DNA of 31,789 bases from Chthoniobacteraceae bacterium (GTDB lineage: Bacteria; Verrucomicrobiota; Verrucomicrobiia; Chthoniobacterales; Chthoniobacteraceae): assembly GCA_031409335.1 (NCBI GenBank), contig JANNWY010000152.1, positions 1 to 31,789 on the forward strand, given 5' to 3'. The position numbers and the translations under genes were made by a program. Under the pieces are notes generated by a model that was not told the origin of the DNA, did no database searches, and was given only the letters and a program-made list of their open reading frames with translations. Below, piece by piece: positions 28,835 to 31,789 of this stretch. Position 1 is the first letter of the stretch; each line of letters opens with the position of its first letter.

Positions 28835-31648
28835 GACCGCCGCCGGGCGAACTGTGCGCCGCAAAAACAACGCGCCGCCGAGGAGCAGCAGCGCGAGGCT
28901 GCCGGGCTCGGGGACGGCTTGCGCGGAGCCTGCCGCCAGAACATCGCCAAAGCCATCCGCGAGCGCGGGAACCGCGGGCAGCGGGTCGCTCAAAGTGACC
29001 ACCGCACCGTCGCCGATATTCAGCGCGGCCAGCGTCTGGCTGACGCCGAAATTCGTTTCCGCATTCGCGTTCACCGTGGAACCGCCCGTCCCCAGCGCGC
29101 TCGCGAGATCGGTGCGCCCCTCCTGGGTCGTGAGCGTCGCGTAGGTCTGCAGTCCGTCGAGCGTGAGCCGGCCGGGGCCGGTCTTCGTCAGCGCGGTGCC
29201 GCCGATTGCGTGGCTCAGCGTCACCGGGCCGACGGTCGCATTTCCACCGCCCACGGCGACCGTGAGCCCCGCGCCACTCAAGACCACGGCGGGACCATTG
29301 AGGTTGAGCGTCGAGGTCGGCTGATCGTCCAGATTGAAAACCACGAAGCCACTCGCGGGGAGCGTCACGTTGCCGATCGTCTCCGTTCCGTCAAAGCGAT
29401 TGTTCAATCCACCGCCGTCGTTCAGCGTCACCGCATTCGTCAGCGTCAGATCGCCTCCCGTGTTCTTGATCAGCTTAGCCCCGTTGCCCACCGAGATCGC
29501 GCCGCCGCCGAGATTCGCCTGCGTGTTGTAAAAAGTGCGTCCGCCCGTGAGCACCCACGATTGCGCATCGGCAGTCGTCCCGCCGCCGAGGATGAACTCC
29601 CCGACGTTCCGCGAGATCGTGCCGGTGCCGGTGATGTTCCTGTTAAAAAATCCGCTCATGTTGAACTCGATCGCCGCATTGTTTTCGATGTCGCTCACGA
29701 AGCCGTTGTAGAAAACCGGGATCTCATATTTCACGATGCCGCCGCTGACTTTGGTCAGGCCGTCGTAGGTGTTCGCGCCGGAGAGGATCAGGATGCCGGT
29801 CCCTATCTTGGTGAAAGTGCCGCCGTTGCCGCTGAGCACGCCGGCGAAAGTCGTGCCGCTGTTGTTGCCACCGGCCGTCAGATTTTTTCCGCCGAGGACG
29901 ACCGACGAGCCGCCGACTCCCGCGAGCGAGCCGATGATTTCACTCGCACCACCGATGGCCGAGATGTCGAAAATCGCGCCGCCGCGCGCGACGTTCACCG
30001 CGCTGGAATCGGCCAGCGCGCCTGCGCCACTCAGCGTGAGCGAGCCCGTATTGATGGTCGTCGCTCCCGTGTAAGTGTTCGCGGCGGTGAAGACCACGTT
30101 GCTGTTCTGCACGATCATCACGCCGTTCGCGCCGCCATTTCCACTGCTCGAAATCGCGCCGTTGAAAGTGACGGTCTTCCCATTGTTCCCGGAAATCTGG
30201 AGCTGCGTCGTCCCCGCGAGGTCGATCGGCGTCGAGGCGCTGAAGACCAGGTCGCTATTTGTCGGATTGATCTCCGCCCTGCTGCCCGCGCCGCCGTTCA
30301 GCGTCAGCGTCTGGCCAGCGTCGAGGTTGAAGGTCTGCGTGACGAACGAGTTATTGTCGATGCGCGGAAAATTGCCGTTGAGATCGGACAGCGTGAATCC
30401 ATTTCCCGTGACCGTGAAGCCCGTGTCGTTCGCCACCGCGCCATCGACGCCCGTGCCCGTCGCGTCGCTGTCCTGAAACGCGATGCGATTGCCGATGTAA
30501 CCGGCGAGATTATTCCGCGCCGTGATCGCGCCGGTGGCACCCGCGGCTTTATAAGTGCGACCGAAAAACAAATCGCGCTGGCCCGCCGCGGGGCCGGTGC
30601 CATCCCAGTTTCCCGGGCTGCTCCAGTCATTGTTGCCGGCGGTTCCCAGCCAGCCGGTGGACACCGCGGTGATCGCGTCGATTTCAAAAATCCGCCCGCC
30701 GCTGCTGGCCGTGCGCGTGAACTCGATGCGGAAGTCGTCGGCCAGCGCCGCACCGCCCCCGAAATGGCGCGTCACGTCGCCGTCGAAACCGTTGTTATCG
30801 AACAAGTCCACCTCGATGCCCTCGATGAAGAAACGCACCAGCTCGGTGTCACGGTCCGGGCTCGCGCCGTCGCCGCTCAGGGCCATGCGAAAGCCCGCGA
30901 GCGAGAGCGGCTGCGCGGTGTGCCACTGGATGAAATCCACCGTCTCGCCGCCGTCGCCGAGGGTCAGGTTGCCATTGTCCACCGCCCCACCGTCGCCGAA
31001 GATGAAAGACTCCGGCTCGACCGCGCCGTGATTCCCACCGAACGCATCGCGCACCGTATCCGCGCCGCCAAGCACCGCGCTGCTAAAAGTGTAGAGGGAG
31101 CCAAGGCCCGCGCCCTCATCGTCCTTCCCCGCGCCGCCGCGTCCGGTGAGCGAGTTCGTGGCGTCGTTGAAAGCGAGGCGGTCGAGAAACATCCCGACCG
31201 GCGCGGCGGCGGTGCCCGTGGCGTCCAGCTCGACGACGCGCGTCCCCGCACCGGACGCGCGCGTGATTTCCAAACGAAAAGCGCGCACCGCCGAGAACGT
31301 GCCCGCCAGCGCGTTGTCCGAGATGAGCAGCGGATTGGTGAGATAGCCGCTCCCCGCGTTCGGGATCGCGCCGCTGGAGATTTGGGAAAAAGCGACGCCG
31401 TCCTGACTGGCGAAAAGTTTGAAATCCAGCGCGCTGCGGGCAGGGCTGCCATCGTCCTGCAGGTGCAGGGAAATCGCGCTGAGATCGACCGGCTGCGGCG
31501 TCTGCCACTCGATGAAATCCACGCTGCCGCCGCCCGGCCCATCGGCGAACAGCGCGTGCGTCGGCTCGACCCATCCGCTCGTCGTGGTGAAGCCAAACGC
31601 CGAGCGCGGGTCCGAGTTCCCGCAGCAGCCGAGTTGCGGTGAGGAAAA
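27656..31648 (-). CDS. IS-interrupted PEP-CTERM surface protein with autotransporter-associated beta-strand repeats, fused in frame to a second PEP-CTERM unit
   Basis: Frame stays open and homologous upstream of the track start (FSSPQLGCCGNSDPRSAFG, 31648 to 31523) up to the IS end. Repeats FTKIGTGILILSGANTYDG, AANTYTGATTINTGSL, LTKTGPGRLTL. VPEP motifs at 28904-28915 and at the C-terminus. The 5' end is missing. Confidence 0.85.
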   Translation of the reverse strand, partial: FSSPQLGCCGNSDPRSAFGFTTTSGWVEPTHALFADGPGGGSVDFIEWQTPQPVDLSAISLHLQDDGSPARSALDFKLFASQDGVAFSQISSGAIPNAGSGYLTNPLLISDNALAGTFSAVRAFRLEITRASGAGTRVVELDATGTAAAPVGMFLDRLAFNDATNSLTGRGGAGKDDEGAGLGSLYTFSSAVLGGADTVRDAFGGNHGAVEPESFIFGDGGAVDNGNLTLGDGGETVDFIQWHTAQPLSLAGFRMALSGDGASPDRDTELVRFFIEGIEVDLFDNNGFDGDVTRHFGGGAALADDFRIEFTRTASSGGRIFEIDAITAVSTGWLGTAGNNDWSSPGNWDGTGPAAGQRDLFFGRTYKAAGATGAITARNNLAGYIGNRIAFQDSDATGTGVDGAVANDTGFTVTGNGFTLSDLNGNFPRIDNNSFVTQTFNLDAGQTLTLNGGAGSRAEINPTNSDLVFSASTPIDLAGTTQLQISGNNGKTVTFNGAISSSGNGGANGVMIVQNSNVVFTAANTYTGATTINTGSLTLSGAGALADSSAVNVARGGAIFDISAIGGASEIIGSLAGVGGSSVVLGGKNLTAGGNNSGTTFAGVLSGNGGTFTKIGTGILILSGANTYDGLTKVSGGIVKYEIPVFYNGFVSDIENNAAIEFNMSGFFNRNITGTGTISRNVGEFILGGGTTADAQSWVLTGGRTFYNTQANLGGGAISVGNGAKLIKNTGGDLTLTNAVTLNDGGGLNNRFDGTETIGNVTLPASGFVVFNLDDQPTSTLNLNGPAVVLSGAGLTVAVGGGNATVGPVTLSHAIGGTALTKTGPGRLTLDGLQTYATLTTQEGRTDLASALGTGGSTVNANAETNFGVSQTLAALNIGDGAVVTLSDPLPAVPALADGFGDVLAAGSAQAVPEPGSLALLLLGGALFLRRTVRPAAVMRLLAVSLATLSAATAAPVYQADPNAEGVGTDIWDLSQGAQVIFSSPQHNGAGDSDPRSAFGFNSGFAETTHALWQDGAAGGIDFLEWQTPQPVDLSAISLHLFDDGNPDRSALDFKLFASQDGVNFSQISGGTMPAGAGGYFDNPLLITDSAFTGTTSAVRAFRLEMTRTTGAGTRVAELDATGAVVAPATTFLDRLAFNDATNSHTGRGGAANDDEGAGLGSGYTFSSAVAGGADTVRDAFGGNHGTIEPDSFIFGDGGVADNGNLTLGDGGETVDFIQWQTSAPLTLAGFRIGLSGDGASPDRDTQLIRFLVGGLEVALFDNDGFDGSVTHLFGGGAVTGDDFRIEFTRTTGQGARIFEIDAITTAVPEPGCLALLLLGCVVLARRRGK

Positions 31649-31789
31649 TGAGGTGCAACCGATTTCTGGACCATTTTTAGTTAGATGTTTTGGGAGAGAT
31701 TTGACTCGAATTGAGCTGGTGAAAGGTAGCCCAAGGAGGAATGTTTCCGATGGGTGTTGTAGTAAGATTCGATATAGGCGAAGATCTCG
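31649..31789 (-). mobile_element. Right end of an IS3-family insertion sequence
   Basis: Abrupt GC drop. Terminus TGAGGTGCAACCGATTTCTGGACC has the 5'-TG end and IR style of the IS3 family, and the transposase C-terminus is adjacent. Confidence 0.9.
31681..31788 (-). CDS. IS3-family transposase (OrfB) C-terminal fragment
   Basis: Hand translation EIFAYIESYYNTHRKHSSLGYLSPAQFESNLSQNI* is the typical YI-x-x-YN-x-x-R-x-HS-x-LGY-x-SP-x-x-FE tail. Confidence 0.92.
   Translation of the reverse strand, partial: EIFAYIESYYNTHRKHSSLGYLSPAQFESNLSQNI

Larger units (their letters stand above)
26541..31648 (-). repeat. Three dispersed copies of a ~1-kb coding module (26541-27602, 27734-28786, 30668-31648)
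   Basis: Shared peptides SSPQ..SDPR, DF(I/L)EWQT, FKLFASxDG, FLDRLAFNxATN, DDEG, FIFGD, GETVDFIxW, LAGFR..LSGDG, FDNxGFDG, DFRIEFTRT, IDAIT. Confidence 0.95.

Noticed and set aside
24441..31642. Long plus-strand ORFs (951, 444, 973 aa)
   Set aside because: Antisense shadows of the CotH and PEP-CTERM genes.
26541..31648. Diversity-generating retroelement template/variable repeat pair
   Set aside because: The copies are about 1 kb, all coding, differ at all base types rather than only at adenines, and no reverse transcriptase is in the window.

Overview
High-GC bacterial genomic DNA whose gene content (PEP-CTERM proteins, DUF1549/DUF1553-DUF1501 pairs, autotransporter-associated repeats, CotH kinase fusion) points to the PVC superphylum, most likely Verrucomicrobia (inference). 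Left to right: (1) a minus-strand YqiJ-like / flotillin / putative AAA-ATPase operon containing a large heptamer-repeat palindrome; (2) an island-like, visibly less GC-rich segment (~4.07-10.2 kb) bracketed by two XRE-HTH genes (one broken), holding two NxxGxxAF-repeat PEP-CTERM paralogs (one frameshifted) and a coupled pair of secreted proteins, the second ending in a trypsin-like protease domain; (3) a tandem duplication of a cytochrome-c/DUF1549/DUF1553 + DUF1501 gene pair; (4) a membrane protein, small hypotheticals, an LpxH-like metallophosphoesterase and a DUF6797-like blue-copper protein; (5) a minus-strand surface-protein cluster in which one ~350-aa module recurs three times (on two PEP-CTERM units and on a CotH kinase). 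The two PEP-CTERM units are fused in one ORF through an internal sorting signal plus a second signal peptide (candidate polyprotein), and the 5' end of that ORF is cut by an IS3-family element at the window edge. No rRNA, tRNA or CRISPR array was seen. All family calls come from motif recognition by eye, not from database searches.
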